The position numbers and the translations under genes are program-made. The notes below the pieces were generated by a model that made no database searches, was not told where the DNA came from, and saw only the letters and a list, made by a program, of their open reading frames with translations. 24,570 nucleotides of DNA from Bacteroidota bacterium (GTDB taxonomy: Bacteria; Bacteroidota; Bacteroidia; NS11-12g; UBA955), in assembly GCA_018969565.1 (NCBI GenBank), contig JAGWYC010000001.1, forward strand, positions 1 to 24,570, read 5' to 3'. Below, one piece after another: positions 1-8,631 of the stretch. The first letter of the stretch is position 1. Each line of letters begins with the position of its first letter.

Positions 1-279
1 GACGATCTGAACTTCTTTGGCACCGGCCTGATTCAGGCTGATCTGGCGCTGGAGTTCAAATCAGAGGCATTCCTTGGGGAACAACTCTGCTTTGAATTGT
101 TCATACACGAACAGAGCCCGCGCAGTTTTGCCGTGTATTACCGCATCACTGAGCAACAGAGCGGCCGACTGGTGGCATTAGCCCGCACAGGCATGGTGGC
201 CTTTGATTATTCTTTGCGAAAAGTAGTGCCTTTTTCTTCAGAAACACCAGAGGTATTCCGCGTGGCTGCCACTGCCTGA
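1..279 (+). CDS. Hotdog-fold acyl-CoA thioesterase family protein (YbgC/FadM-like), 5'-truncated by the window edge
   Basis: Frame 1 is open from base 1 to the TGA at 277-279: DDLNFFGTGLIQADLALEFKSEAFLGEQL...SFAVYYRI...VALARTGMVAFDY..RKVVP. This matches the C-terminal half of 4HBT-type thioesterases. The ORF-track start at 97 (TTG) is internal. Confidence 0.75.
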   Translation, partial: DDLNFFGTGLIQADLALEFKSEAFLGEQLCFELFIHEQSPRSFAVYYRITEQQSGRLVALARTGMVAFDYSLRKVVPFSSETPEVFRVAATA

Positions 280-288
280 AGCGTTTTC

Positions 289-2532
289 TCAGGTGTTGAG
301 CCACCAGAGCATCTTCACCACGAGAGTACGGTCTTTCACCCCGCGCAGTCCGAAGCCATAACCCGAAGTGCGGTCGTTTTCACTGAACACCACAAACAGG
401 TCGCTCATAGGCCTGAAACGCCATTGCAATCGGCTGTTTATGTTGAAGTTGCGCGCCTGGGTATTGTATTGCAGGAAGGTCGTAACGTAGAAGTTGTTGG
501 TGAAGCTGAGCTCTGCCTTGCCGCCTATGAGGGTGAGGAAGGTGCGGCCGTAGGGCTGCGGCATATAGATATGGTCATTCCTCGCTGTAATGCTGAAAAT
601 ACCCCAGGGCTGCACCCGGTAGTTCAGTTCTCCGCGCACACTCTGGTTGGTGCCGGTGTAGAAACCTCCGCCGGAAACTTCAAAGCTGCCGCTCAGACGC
701 TTGCGGATATCCGAGTTCATCCGCAGATAAGCCCTGTTGAAATGATAAGTTCCTACGGGAAGAAAAGTATCTGAAACACCCGTGGGATCATTCGGGTAAT
801 ACAACCTGATCATTTGTTGCACAAAGCCACCACTGAGGCTCATGGTATTGCGGAAGGTGAACTGCGGTCCAATATCGGTAAGCACATCATTGGCGCGCAA
901 CGTGCTGTCGAAATAGGTGCTGTTATAAACGTTGAATTTAATGTTGTTGAACGGCCCATTCTTCGGATACCAGGTTTTGGCAGCTATGGGTTCCAGTCTG
1001 AAATAGCTCATGCGCAGGATGCGTCGGTTGGCCGCATCATAAACAGCAGTGCGTGGCACAAAACCTGCATCAGCTCGGTATCCGGAGTGTACATATTCAT
1101 GATTCCACTCCAGAAAGAAGCGCGGCTCTGCGTATTGGAGCCAGATGGCGTTGGCACTTGTTTTCGCATTGCTTCCCTGATAAAAGCTGTGGTGGTAGAA
1201 CGCTTTCCCGCGCCAGCGGCTGTTCTTGCTGATCAGGTTGTAATCCACTCCGAAAATACGGTTGTGGCTGCCGGCTTGCACACGGCCTTCCCTGAATCCC
1301 TGCAGGTTCACCAGGATGGCGGAAATGTTGCTGGAACTGAACAACTTACGTTGCACCGTGGCCACCGAATAGTTCCCGGAGGTATTTGTTCCTGAAGCAG
1401 TTCCGGTTTGTACGCTCATTGCGCCTATACGCCAATCTGTGCCAATCTTCCCGCTTAGGCGCATCCCCGCCCTGATGGGAATTACCTTGCCCTTGTCAAG
1501 CCCTATGTTGCGTGAAAAAAACGGACGTATTTGGCGGAAGCCAAAGTTTCCAAACAGGTCGCTGTTTTCAATGAAGAACTGTCTTCTTTCAGGGAAGAAC
1601 AATGAAAAACGCGACAGGTTGATTTGCTGTACATCCACATCAACCTGCGCGAAGTCGGGATTTACCGTGAGGTCGAGATTCAAGGCGCTGCTGATGGCCA
1701 GCTTGGCATCTGCACCCGCATTCCAGTCCATAGCAGTAGGTTTATTTCGGGCGAAGTCGCGATTGATCCGGTTGATTCCATAAGGGATGAGTACCGCCTT
1801 AATCCCTTTTTTTGATTGAGGAGGCTTTTGAAATTCCATCACGCCGGTAAAGGTGAGGTTGGCTACGTTGAAGTTGCGGGGCACCATTACCCAGGTACTG
1901 GTTTCATTCAGTTTCAGGTTATTCCGCGCAAAGTTGACCTTCCATTGCGCTGCACCGGCAGGAAAGCGCAGAGAGCGAAAGGGTATTTTCCATTCACTCA
2001 CCCAGCCTTCGGGTGTACGTTTCACCTCGCTGTACCACACCTGATCCCAGGCCGTGGTTACGCCAAAATTGCCTCCCCCTTCTACGGAACCTTCACGCTG
2101 GGCACCCATAGGGTTTACACCGAAGGAAAATCCATTCTGGCCGTCGTTCCAGGGGTCAATCACCATGCTGAACGCATCGCTCACCGGGAATGAAAAGTCG
2201 CGTTTCATGCTCTGGATGATATACGGTTTTTCAGGATGGGCATCGCGACAGATTACTGCCACATACAGGTTGTGTTCATCGCTGGCCATCATCACCTCGG
2301 TTTGGGTGCGGCTGCGGCTTGTATCATAGGGGAAATGCTGGATGAACTGATTTCCGATACCCGAATGATGTTTCCATACATCCTCATTCAGCACCCCGTC
2401 GATTTCAATATGTTCCTCGGTATGAATCACCAACAGCCGGCCAGCACCGGCCAGCGTATCGGCAGGATTGGCGACTACATCCGCGAAACTGAATAAAAAA
2501 ATCAGCAAGAAAAAAAGCCAAGAAATCCTCAT
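289..2532 (-). CDS. DUF5916-type outer-membrane protein: N-terminal CBM9/DOMON-like domain plus C-terminal beta-barrel (747 aa)
   Basis: Start moved from 2703 to ATG 2532 (MRISWLFFLLIFLFSFA, signal-peptide-like), 8 bp after the upstream stop. The 2703 start would overlap the upstream gene with non-protein-like sequence. Motifs: IEIDGVLNEDVW, GWVSEWKIPFRSLRF, LDLTVNPDFAQVDVD, LFFPERRQFFIEN, and an aromatic-rich C-terminus (KMLWWLNT). Confidence 0.8.
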   Translation of the reverse strand: MRISWLFFLLIFLFSFADVVANPADTLAGAGRLLVIHTEEHIEIDGVLNEDVWKHHSGIGNQFIQHFPYDTSRSRTQTEVMMASDEHNLYVAVICRDAHPEKPYIIQSMKRDFSFPVSDAFSMVIDPWNDGQNGFSFGVNPMGAQREGSVEGGGNFGVTTAWDQVWYSEVKRTPEGWVSEWKIPFRSLRFPAGAAQWKVNFARNNLKLNETSTWVMVPRNFNVANLTFTGVMEFQKPPQSKKGIKAVLIPYGINRINRDFARNKPTAMDWNAGADAKLAISSALNLDLTVNPDFAQVDVDVQQINLSRFSLFFPERRQFFIENSDLFGNFGFRQIRPFFSRNIGLDKGKVIPIRAGMRLSGKIGTDWRIGAMSVQTGTASGTNTSGNYSVATVQRKLFSSSNISAILVNLQGFREGRVQAGSHNRIFGVDYNLISKNSRWRGKAFYHHSFYQGSNAKTSANAIWLQYAEPRFFLEWNHEYVHSGYRADAGFVPRTAVYDAANRRILRMSYFRLEPIAAKTWYPKNGPFNNIKFNVYNSTYFDSTLRANDVLTDIGPQFTFRNTMSLSGGFVQQMIRLYYPNDPTGVSDTFLPVGTYHFNRAYLRMNSDIRKRLSGSFEVSGGGFYTGTNQSVRGELNYRVQPWGIFSITARNDHIYMPQPYGRTFLTLIGGKAELSFTNNFYVTTFLQYNTQARNFNINSRLQWRFRPMSDLFVVFSENDRTSGYGFGLRGVKDRTLVVKMLWWLNT

Positions 2533-2540
2533 AAGTTTTA

Positions 2541-3845
2541 TCAGTCTTTGCCTGCCGTGCTGCGCTTTTGGGCAAGGCTCATGGTATTCATTTTCCGATA
2601 ATAAGCAAGCTTTGATGCAGGTACATAAAACTTCAATTTTCTGCCCGCTCCTATGGTATTGCCTGCCAATCCATTCCACTTCCGGGCATTGGCCACCGTA
2701 CAATCGAAAATATCGGCAAGCGTATAAAGCGCATCACCTGTTTTAACCGTGTAATACACCCACACTTTGCCTTCCGCGGCAGGAGCCGGTTTCGGCGCTG
2801 CATGAGGACGAACTTCGATATAAGTTACCGAATCAATTACCCGGACGATGGTATCAAATTTAGGCGCCGGTGTTCCGGGTAGTGCAGGTTCTATAGTGCC
2901 TGTTATTCGATAAACCGTATCCGGTGAAACACTGACTTCTGTAATTACAGGTAACGATGGTGAAGTTTTTAATGACAATTCCAAACAAATAGAATCTCGC
3001 ACTTTGTTGTAACGTGCCGCATAACCCGCGGGCAGATAAAACTGAGTGGCTTCGAAGTAATGAGGGATATAGGCTCCGCGTAAAACAGGGTTGAAAAATC
3101 GTAAATCTTCCCCTTTGATAGGCAGTTTCTCTTCCAGGACTTTAAAAGGCATGGCGCAGGAAGACCATACTGTATCCGCTTTTTCCTGGGCATAAGGTTT
3201 TAGTTTAATGCCATGGAGTGAATGAAAATTAAATATATACAACATGCCCATAAAGCGCACCATAGGCGCCTGGTAAGCTTCCGGCAGGAAATTGTGTATG
3301 CTGTCGTAGTTAAGGGAATTCCCGGAAAGCCGAATGGCTTTGTTCAGTTCTACCGGGCCAATGCGAAAGGCAGCAATGACCTTTTTCCAGTCGCGGTAAA
3401 TGCGGTATAAATCTGCTAAATAAGCGGCAGCAGCTTTGGCAGCTTTTTCCCGGCTGCGGCGTTCGTCCACATAAGAGTTGATTTTCAGGCCGTAGCGTTT
3501 TGCAATAGCGAATGATAAGGGCCAGGAACCCGAAGCACCGTCGTAGCCGGAAAAATCATACGCCAGGTTGGTATTGGCTATCGGAATATAGCGCAGAAAT
3601 CCGGGCAACCCTTGTTCGGCAAGAGCCTTATCCACAGGGGCCAACAAGGCTTCACTACGCCCTAACATGAACGAGGTATAACCTTCTTCATTTTGTAGCC
3701 AATATACGATTTCAGCATCCACCTGCTCATTGTAGAAGCATGGTAATCCCTGGTTGCATAAGGCGGCTATCCTTTTGATATACACATCCGTCTGGGCATG
3801 AAGTGCCTGAACCAATAACAGGGACAGCAGCGCGGCAATACGCAT
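2541..3845 (-). CDS. MltD-like SLT-fold plus LysM protein, with degenerate catalytic motifs (probable pseudo-lytic transglycosylase)
   Basis: Signal peptide MRIAALLSLLLVQALHA-Q. SLT-like region RYGLKINSYVDERR..KAAKAAAAYLADLY..DW. Pro/Thr-rich linker. C-terminal LysM YTVKTGDALYTLADIFDCTVANARKWNGLAGNTIGAGRKL. It occupies the usual Bacteroidota position downstream of gatA. Confidence 0.85.
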   Translation of the reverse strand: MRIAALLSLLLVQALHAQTDVYIKRIAALCNQGLPCFYNEQVDAEIVYWLQNEEGYTSFMLGRSEALLAPVDKALAEQGLPGFLRYIPIANTNLAYDFSGYDGASGSWPLSFAIAKRYGLKINSYVDERRSREKAAKAAAAYLADLYRIYRDWKKVIAAFRIGPVELNKAIRLSGNSLNYDSIHNFLPEAYQAPMVRFMGMLYIFNFHSLHGIKLKPYAQEKADTVWSSCAMPFKVLEEKLPIKGEDLRFFNPVLRGAYIPHYFEATQFYLPAGYAARYNKVRDSICLELSLKTSPSLPVITEVSVSPDTVYRITGTIEPALPGTPAPKFDTIVRVIDSVTYIEVRPHAAPKPAPAAEGKVWVYYTVKTGDALYTLADIFDCTVANARKWNGLAGNTIGAGRKLKFYVPASKLAYYRKMNTMSLAQKRSTAGKD

Positions 3846-5281
3846 CAGGAAAGCAGCCCGGATAGGTACTCGGAAAATCGAAGCATGGCGGCCTCTTTGA
3901 AATCAGCGGCCATTACCTGCATGCCGAAGGGCAGACCGGCACTGTTTGTTCCTGCGGGGATGGATATGGCGGGATTCCCGGCCAGGTTGGCCTGCACGGT
4001 AAACAGATCGGCAAGGTACATGGCTATGGGATTGTCTGCCTTTTCACCCAATCTGAACGGAGGCGTGCTGGTGGTGGGCAATATCAGGAAGTCGTATTGT
4101 TCCAGGAGCGCGGTGGTTTTCTCGCGAATCACACGGCGCACTTTCTGGGCCTTGGAATAGTAGGCGTCATAGAAATCGCTGCTCAGCACAAAGGTGCCCA
4201 GCATGATGCGCCGTTTCACTTCGGGGCCGAAGCCTTCGCTGCGCGAGCGCTTGAACGTGGATTCAAGGTCGTGTGCGGAGGCGCTCCGGTAGCCATAGGT
4301 AAGGCCCGCATAGCGCGACAGATTGCTGGAAGCCTCTGCTGTGGTGAGCACATAGTAACAGGGCACCATGTAATCGAGGTAGGGAAAAGAAACCGATTCT
4401 ACCTGATGACCTTTGCTGCACAGGGTTTCGAACAAAGCAAAGCTGCGCTCGCGGATTTCAGGGTCGAGGCCGGGATGCTCCAAAGCATCACCGAGGTAGG
4501 CGATGCGCAGGGGTTCCATCTCGCTGCTGTTCAGCGCAGAGGCATAAGCATCAACAGGCTTAGCCGCACAGGTTGCGTCATGTTCGTCGGGACCGGCGAT
4601 CACTTCAAGCAGCAGAGCGGCATCAGCCACCGTGCGTGTCATGGGGCCGATTTGATCGAAGCTGGAGGCGTACGCAAGCAATCCCCAGCGGCTGATGCGC
4701 CCATAGGTAGGCTTCAGTCCTACGGTACCGGTAAAAGCCGCGGGTTGTCGGATGGAGCCACCGGTATCTGAGCCTAAAGCAGCGTGGCACATCCCGGTTT
4801 GCACGGCAACGGCGCTTCCGCCGGAAGAACCACCGGGAACCCGTGTGGGGTCAACAGCATTCAGCACCGGGCCGAAAGCGCTGTTTTCATTGCTCGCGCC
4901 CATGGCAAATTCATCACAGTTGGTACGCCCGATGATGATGGCACCCTCCCGGAGCATGCGCTCTGTAACCGTTGCGTTGTAGAGGCTTTTAAAACCTTTC
5001 AGGATTTTGCTGGATGCGCTCACCTCGTGGTCCTTGTGGCAAATCACATCCTTCAGGGCGATGACCATTCCGGCCATACGACCGGGATTGCGGCCTGCAC
5101 GGAACTGCGAATCCAGCTCATCGGCTCTTTGCAGCGCTTCTTCTGCATAAAGCTCCAGGAACGCGTTCAGGTTCTTGTGTGTTTCACAGGCCTGCAAGCA
5201 CTGTTCCACCAATGCCCTGCATGTAACGACACCCGCTTCCAAATCGGCGCGGAGTTTAGAATATTGGGAATAAGCGTACAA
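3845..5281 (-). CDS. gatA: Asp-tRNA(Asn)/Glu-tRNA(Gln) amidotransferase subunit A
   Basis: Amidase signature: ALKD, GRTNCDEFAMG, PGGSSGGSAVAV, LGSDTGGSIRQPA, GLKPTYGRISRWGL, EVKRRIMLGTFVLS, MYLADLFTVQANLAG. TTG start. Confidence 0.97.
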   Translation of the reverse strand: MYAYSQYSKLRADLEAGVVTCRALVEQCLQACETHKNLNAFLELYAEEALQRADELDSQFRAGRNPGRMAGMVIALKDVICHKDHEVSASSKILKGFKSLYNATVTERMLREGAIIIGRTNCDEFAMGASNENSAFGPVLNAVDPTRVPGGSSGGSAVAVQTGMCHAALGSDTGGSIRQPAAFTGTVGLKPTYGRISRWGLLAYASSFDQIGPMTRTVADAALLLEVIAGPDEHDATCAAKPVDAYASALNSSEMEPLRIAYLGDALEHPGLDPEIRERSFALFETLCSKGHQVESVSFPYLDYMVPCYYVLTTAEASSNLSRYAGLTYGYRSASAHDLESTFKRSRSEGFGPEVKRRIMLGTFVLSSDFYDAYYSKAQKVRRVIREKTTALLEQYDFLILPTTSTPPFRLGEKADNPIAMYLADLFTVQANLAGNPAISIPAGTNSAGLPFGMQVMAADFKEAAMLRFSEYLSGLLS

Positions 5282-5301
5282 GGAAGCAGCCTTATTAACC
5301 C

Positions 5302-5514
5302 TTATTTCTTGTCGTTCGGCTGTTCTTTCGCCGAGTCTTCGATTTCGCGCTTTACGTTGTTCTTGGCATCGTTGAATTCGCGGATGCCCTTACCCAGGCC
5401 GCGCATCAGCTCGGGGATTTTTTTACCTCCGAACATCAACACCACAATGAGTAAAATCAGGATGATTTCAGGAGTGCCCAGAGAGCCGAGCAGTAAAAAA
5501 ACTTGGTGGTTCAT
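5302..5514 (-). CDS. tatA: Twin-arginine translocase TatA/TatE subunit
   Basis: 70 aa: G..EIILILLIVVLMFGGKKIPELMRGLGKGIREFNDA, a single transmembrane helix followed by an amphipathic helix. Confidence 0.95.
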   Translation of the reverse strand: MNHQVFLLLGSLGTPEIILILLIVVLMFGGKKIPELMRGLGKGIREFNDAKNNVKREIEDSAKEQPNDKK

Positions 5515-5528
5515 GGTGAAAATTTCCT

Positions 5529-5536
5529 CAAAAATA
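5529..5536 (-). promoter_or_regulatory. Bacteroidota primary-sigma -7 element (TATTTTTG) for the tatA-gatA operon
   Basis: Perfect TAnnTTTG on the minus strand, 14 nt upstream of the tatA ATG. I found no clear -33 TTTG at canonical spacing. Confidence 0.6.
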
Positions 5537-5578
5537 GCAAAACCGCAGGCAAAAGCACCCTAAAACCTTTACAGACAT

Positions 5579-5586
5579 TATTTTCG
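5579..5586 (+). promoter_or_regulatory. Possible variant -7 element (TATTTTCG) for frr
   Basis: One mismatch to TAnnTTTG, 16 nt upstream of the frr ATG, in the divergent tatA/frr gap. Confidence 0.4.
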
Positions 5587-5602
5587 CGACGAAAGTTAGG
5601 CC

Positions 5603-6160
5603 ATGAGCGTCAGCCAGATTATCAGCGAATTGCGGGGCAACCTGGAAAAAAACCTGCAACATACCCTCAGTGAATTCAACCGTTTGCGCGCCGGCAAGGC
5701 CAGTCCTGACATGCTGGGAAGCGTCATGGTAGAGTATTACGGTGCCATGTCTCCTTTGGCCCAGCTTGCCAATGTGTCCACTCCGGATTCACGCACACTG
5801 GTCATTCAACCTTGGGACAAAAGCCTGATTCGCCCGGTAGAAACAGCCATCATCAACGCCAATCTTGGCTTCGCACCCAGCAACGACGGCGATACTATTC
5901 GAATCAACATCCCACCGGTTACGGAAGAACGTCGTAAGGAACTGGTGAAGTTGTCTAAACAGGAAGCGGAACACGGAAAAGTAGGAATCCGCAACCTGCG
6001 CAAGGAAGCCAACGAAAAAATCAAGAAACTTCAAAAAGACGGCCTGAGCGAAGATGACGCCAAAGCGGGCGAGGAAGAAGTTCAGAAGCTGATTGATGCC
6101 TACATCAAAAAAACTGATGAGGCCACCGTTCAGAAAGAAAAAGAAATCATGACGGTTTAA
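5603..6160 (+). CDS. frr: Ribosome recycling factor
   Basis: 185 aa: LRAGKASP, VEYYG, LANVSTPD.RTLVIQPWDK, IRINIPPVTEERRKELVK, IRNLRKEAN, KEKEIMTV. Confidence 0.98.
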   Translation: MSVSQIISELRGNLEKNLQHTLSEFNRLRAGKASPDMLGSVMVEYYGAMSPLAQLANVSTPDSRTLVIQPWDKSLIRPVETAIINANLGFAPSNDGDTIRINIPPVTEERRKELVKLSKQEAEHGKVGIRNLRKEANEKIKKLQKDGLSEDDAKAGEEEVQKLIDAYIKKTDEATVQKEKEIMTV

Positions 6161-6170
6161 TTCCGGTCTT

Positions 6171-7352
6171 TCAGGCAGGTACGAAGCGCAGCAGTTCGCG
6201 CACCTTAGAGGCTTTCGCCTTCAACGCATCCATATTTTCGGCCATCACTGTTACGTGGCCCATCTTGCGCATGGCCCTGATGCTGCTTTTGTTGTACAAG
6301 TGAATATATACCCCGGGTATGGCGAGTGCCGCGTCGGCTCCGTCTAAGCGATATGCACCTTCCAGACCTTCCGGACCGAGCAGGTTGATCATGGCGGCAG
6401 GCTGAATCAGCGACGGATCTCCCAGCGGAAGGCCGCAGAGGATGCGGTTCAGTTGCTCGTACTGGCTGGTGTAGCAGGCTTCAATAGTATGGTGACCGCT
6501 GTTGTGCGGGCGGGGCGCTATTTCGTTAATCCAGACATCGTCGTTGCGGTCGATAAGTAATTCCACGGCAAAAACGCCTACCCCGTTCAGGGCGCTGACT
6601 GCATCCATGGCCAGGTTCCGGGCTCTTTGTTCCAGCGAAGCAGAAACTTCCGCAGGCATAAACAAGAATTCTACCAGGTTCGCAGTGGGGTGGAATTCCA
6701 TCTGGATGGAAGGCCAGGTGCAGCTGTTGCCCTGTTCATCGCGGGCCACGATTACGGCGAGTTCCAGAGCGTCTTCCACAAATACTTCCAGCAGAGAAGG
6801 GGCATCAAATGCCGGTTTATAGCTGCCGTTCATCAGGTCTTCTCGGTTGAAAATATCCACGCCCCTGCCGTCGTAGCCTCCGGTGCGGCTCTTGGCCACC
6901 AGTCTGGAGCCCGGCAGTTCCGCGCAGGCTGCCTTCCACGCATCCGGGCCGTAAACCAGCCTGAAAGCCGTAGTGGGCAGTCCGTGGTCGTAGTAGCATT
7001 GTTTTTGACGGCCCTTGTCGCGGATGATGTCCAGCACCTTCGGCGAAGGGATGATGCGCTTGCCTTCCCGCTCCAGCTCCAACAGGGTTTCCACCCCTAC
7101 ATGTTCAATTTCAAAAGTGAGCACATCGCAGGCGGCTGCAAGATTGCGCAGGGCCTCCGGGTCGTTCAGGCTTCCGCAGATAACCCGGTCGGCAACGGCA
7201 GATGCCGGACATGCCGCATCCTGTTCCAGCACAATATTCTTCAGGTTCCAGGGTCTGGAGGCCTCTATGAGCATCTTGCCCAGTTGCCCTCCGCCGATGA
7301 TGCCGATGGTTCCCCGAAAGGGAAAGTTCACGCCTTCTGCTTGTTCAGCCAT
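6171..7352 (-). CDS. purK: N5-carboxyaminoimidazole ribonucleotide synthase (ATP-grasp)
   Basis: IGIIGGGQLGKML, VLTFEIEHV, DKGRQK, GGYDGRGV, NEIAPRPHNSGHHTIEAC.TSQYEQ..R, RKMGHVT. Confidence 0.96.
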   Translation of the reverse strand: MAEQAEGVNFPFRGTIGIIGGGQLGKMLIEASRPWNLKNIVLEQDAACPASAVADRVICGSLNDPEALRNLAAACDVLTFEIEHVGVETLLELEREGKRIIPSPKVLDIIRDKGRQKQCYYDHGLPTTAFRLVYGPDAWKAACAELPGSRLVAKSRTGGYDGRGVDIFNREDLMNGSYKPAFDAPSLLEVFVEDALELAVIVARDEQGNSCTWPSIQMEFHPTANLVEFLFMPAEVSASLEQRARNLAMDAVSALNGVGVFAVELLIDRNDDVWINEIAPRPHNSGHHTIEACYTSQYEQLNRILCGLPLGDPSLIQPAAMINLLGPEGLEGAYRLDGADAALAIPGVYIHLYNKSSIRAMRKMGHVTVMAENMDALKAKASKVRELLRFVPA

Positions 7353-8086
7353 TGAAATGCTTTGAGTAAATACTTCAGATAAATAAAAGGCAAGAAGCTG
7401 AAATAACCATTTTTCCTGAGTGAAAGATGGTCTTCCCTGTTTGCTTCCATACGCGCCTTGAACCCTGCGTTGCTGGTGCCTCCGTCGCGCATGCGCACGC
7501 TCACAAATTTGCGGTATTCCACATGCAGTTTGTGTTTCAGGATGAACCGAAGCAACAGGTCAAAATCGGCAGAGATGCGGTAGGATAAATCAAAGTTGCC
7601 ATACTTCAGGTAAAGTTCTCTGCGTACGAAGCAGCCAGGATGTGGGGGCTGATGACCGATGCGGAACATCCAGGGTTTCCAGCGGGTGCACGAATAATAG
7701 CGGCGCACGCGATGCATATCTTCCGGGTCGCAAATCTGCACGTCGGTGCAAATCATCTCCGCCTTGCTTTCCCGGAACATGTCCACTACCCTGCTGATTA
7801 CCGAGGGATGATCAAATACATCGTCGCTGTGCAGCAAGGCGATGATGTCGCCGGTGGCTAAAGCAATGCCTTTGTTGAGGGCATCATAAATACCGCGGTC
7901 GCGTTCTGATACAAAGTGCTGCACCGCCTGACCATAGGAGCGTACCAGATCCTGAGTTCCATCGCTGCTGTTGCCATCAATGACAATGTATTCGATATCC
8001 GGATAATCCTGTGCCTGCACAGATTCCATGGTTTCCTTCAGCGTGGCGGCTGAGTTATAGGTGGCGGTAATAACCGAAACCCTCAT
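7328..8086 (-). CDS. GT2 family glycosyltransferase (WcaE-like)
   Basis: VSVITATYNS, EYIVIDGNSSDGT, SERDRGIYDALNKG, ALLHSDD (acidic metal-binding motif), HQPPHP, ISADFDL. Confidence 0.92.
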   Translation of the reverse strand: MRVSVITATYNSAATLKETMESVQAQDYPDIEYIVIDGNSSDGTQDLVRSYGQAVQHFVSERDRGIYDALNKGIALATGDIIALLHSDDVFDHPSVISRVVDMFRESKAEMICTDVQICDPEDMHRVRRYYSCTRWKPWMFRIGHQPPHPGCFVRRELYLKYGNFDLSYRISADFDLLLRFILKHKLHVEYRKFVSVRMRDGGTSNAGFKARMEANREDHLSLRKNGYFSFLPFIYLKYLLKAFQWLNKQKA

Positions 8087-8631
8087 GCCTGCACCTCCCG
8101 TTTGCGCACTGCCGTGGCAGGAATACCGGCATAAACGGTATATGCTTCGAGGTTTCTGGTGGCAATGGAACCTACAGAAAGCACGCTGTGGCTATGGCAT
8201 ACAATGCCCGGACAAACCACGGTTTTGGCGCCAATCCAAACGCCGTCTTCCAGGGTGATGGGGCCGGTAATCAGGTCGAAGCTGCTGATGCGGTAGTTGT
8301 GGTTGCCGCACAGGAGCATGGCGCCCTGAGAAACGCATACGTGGCTGCCTATTTGAACTTTGTCAAGATTGTCAATCCATACCTGTTCGCCAATCCAGCA
8401 ATGGTCGCCGATTTCAAGATTCCAGGGGTATTTGATGTTGATGTAGGGTTTCAGCACCACTCCGGTTCCGACGCGTGCACCAAACAGACGGAGCAGGCTT
8501 GCCCGCAATCCGCCGAAAGGCAGGAAGCTGTTTATAATCAGGGCATTTACCAGATACCACAAGGTCATTTTGAGGCGGCCTGCACCCGGTTTGTAATGAC
8601 TGTTGTTGAAGGAAGCGAGGTTTGTTTTCAT
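8083..8631 (-). CDS. wcaF: WcaF-family O-acetyltransferase (left-handed beta-helix)
   Basis: LRASLLRLFGARVG.GVVLKP.INIKYPWNLEIGDHCWIGEQVWIDNL, LLCGNHNY, YAGIPA. ATGA overlaps at both ends. Confidence 0.9.
   Translation of the reverse strand: MKTNLASFNNSHYKPGAGRLKMTLWYLVNALIINSFLPFGGLRASLLRLFGARVGTGVVLKPYINIKYPWNLEIGDHCWIGEQVWIDNLDKVQIGSHVCVSQGAMLLCGNHNYRISSFDLITGPITLEDGVWIGAKTVVCPGIVCHSHSVLSVGSIATRNLEAYTVYAGIPATAVRKREVQA

Noticed and set aside
2533-2703. 57-aa N-terminal extension of the DUF5916 ORF
   Set aside because: It overlaps the upstream gene in another frame, and the signal peptide begins at ATG 2532.
4097-5563. Long plus-strand ORFs (224 aa and 259 aa) antisense to gatA and tatA
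   Set aside because: Shadow ORFs produced by GC-rich codon usage on the real strand; no motifs. The same applies to 814-1395, 6627-7355, 10007-11983, 11896-12624 and 18726-19295.
3845-6160. gatA without gatB/gatC, and frr without pyrH
   Set aside because: Dispersed gat genes are normal in Bacteroidota and both proteins look canonical; the partners may lie elsewhere in the genome.
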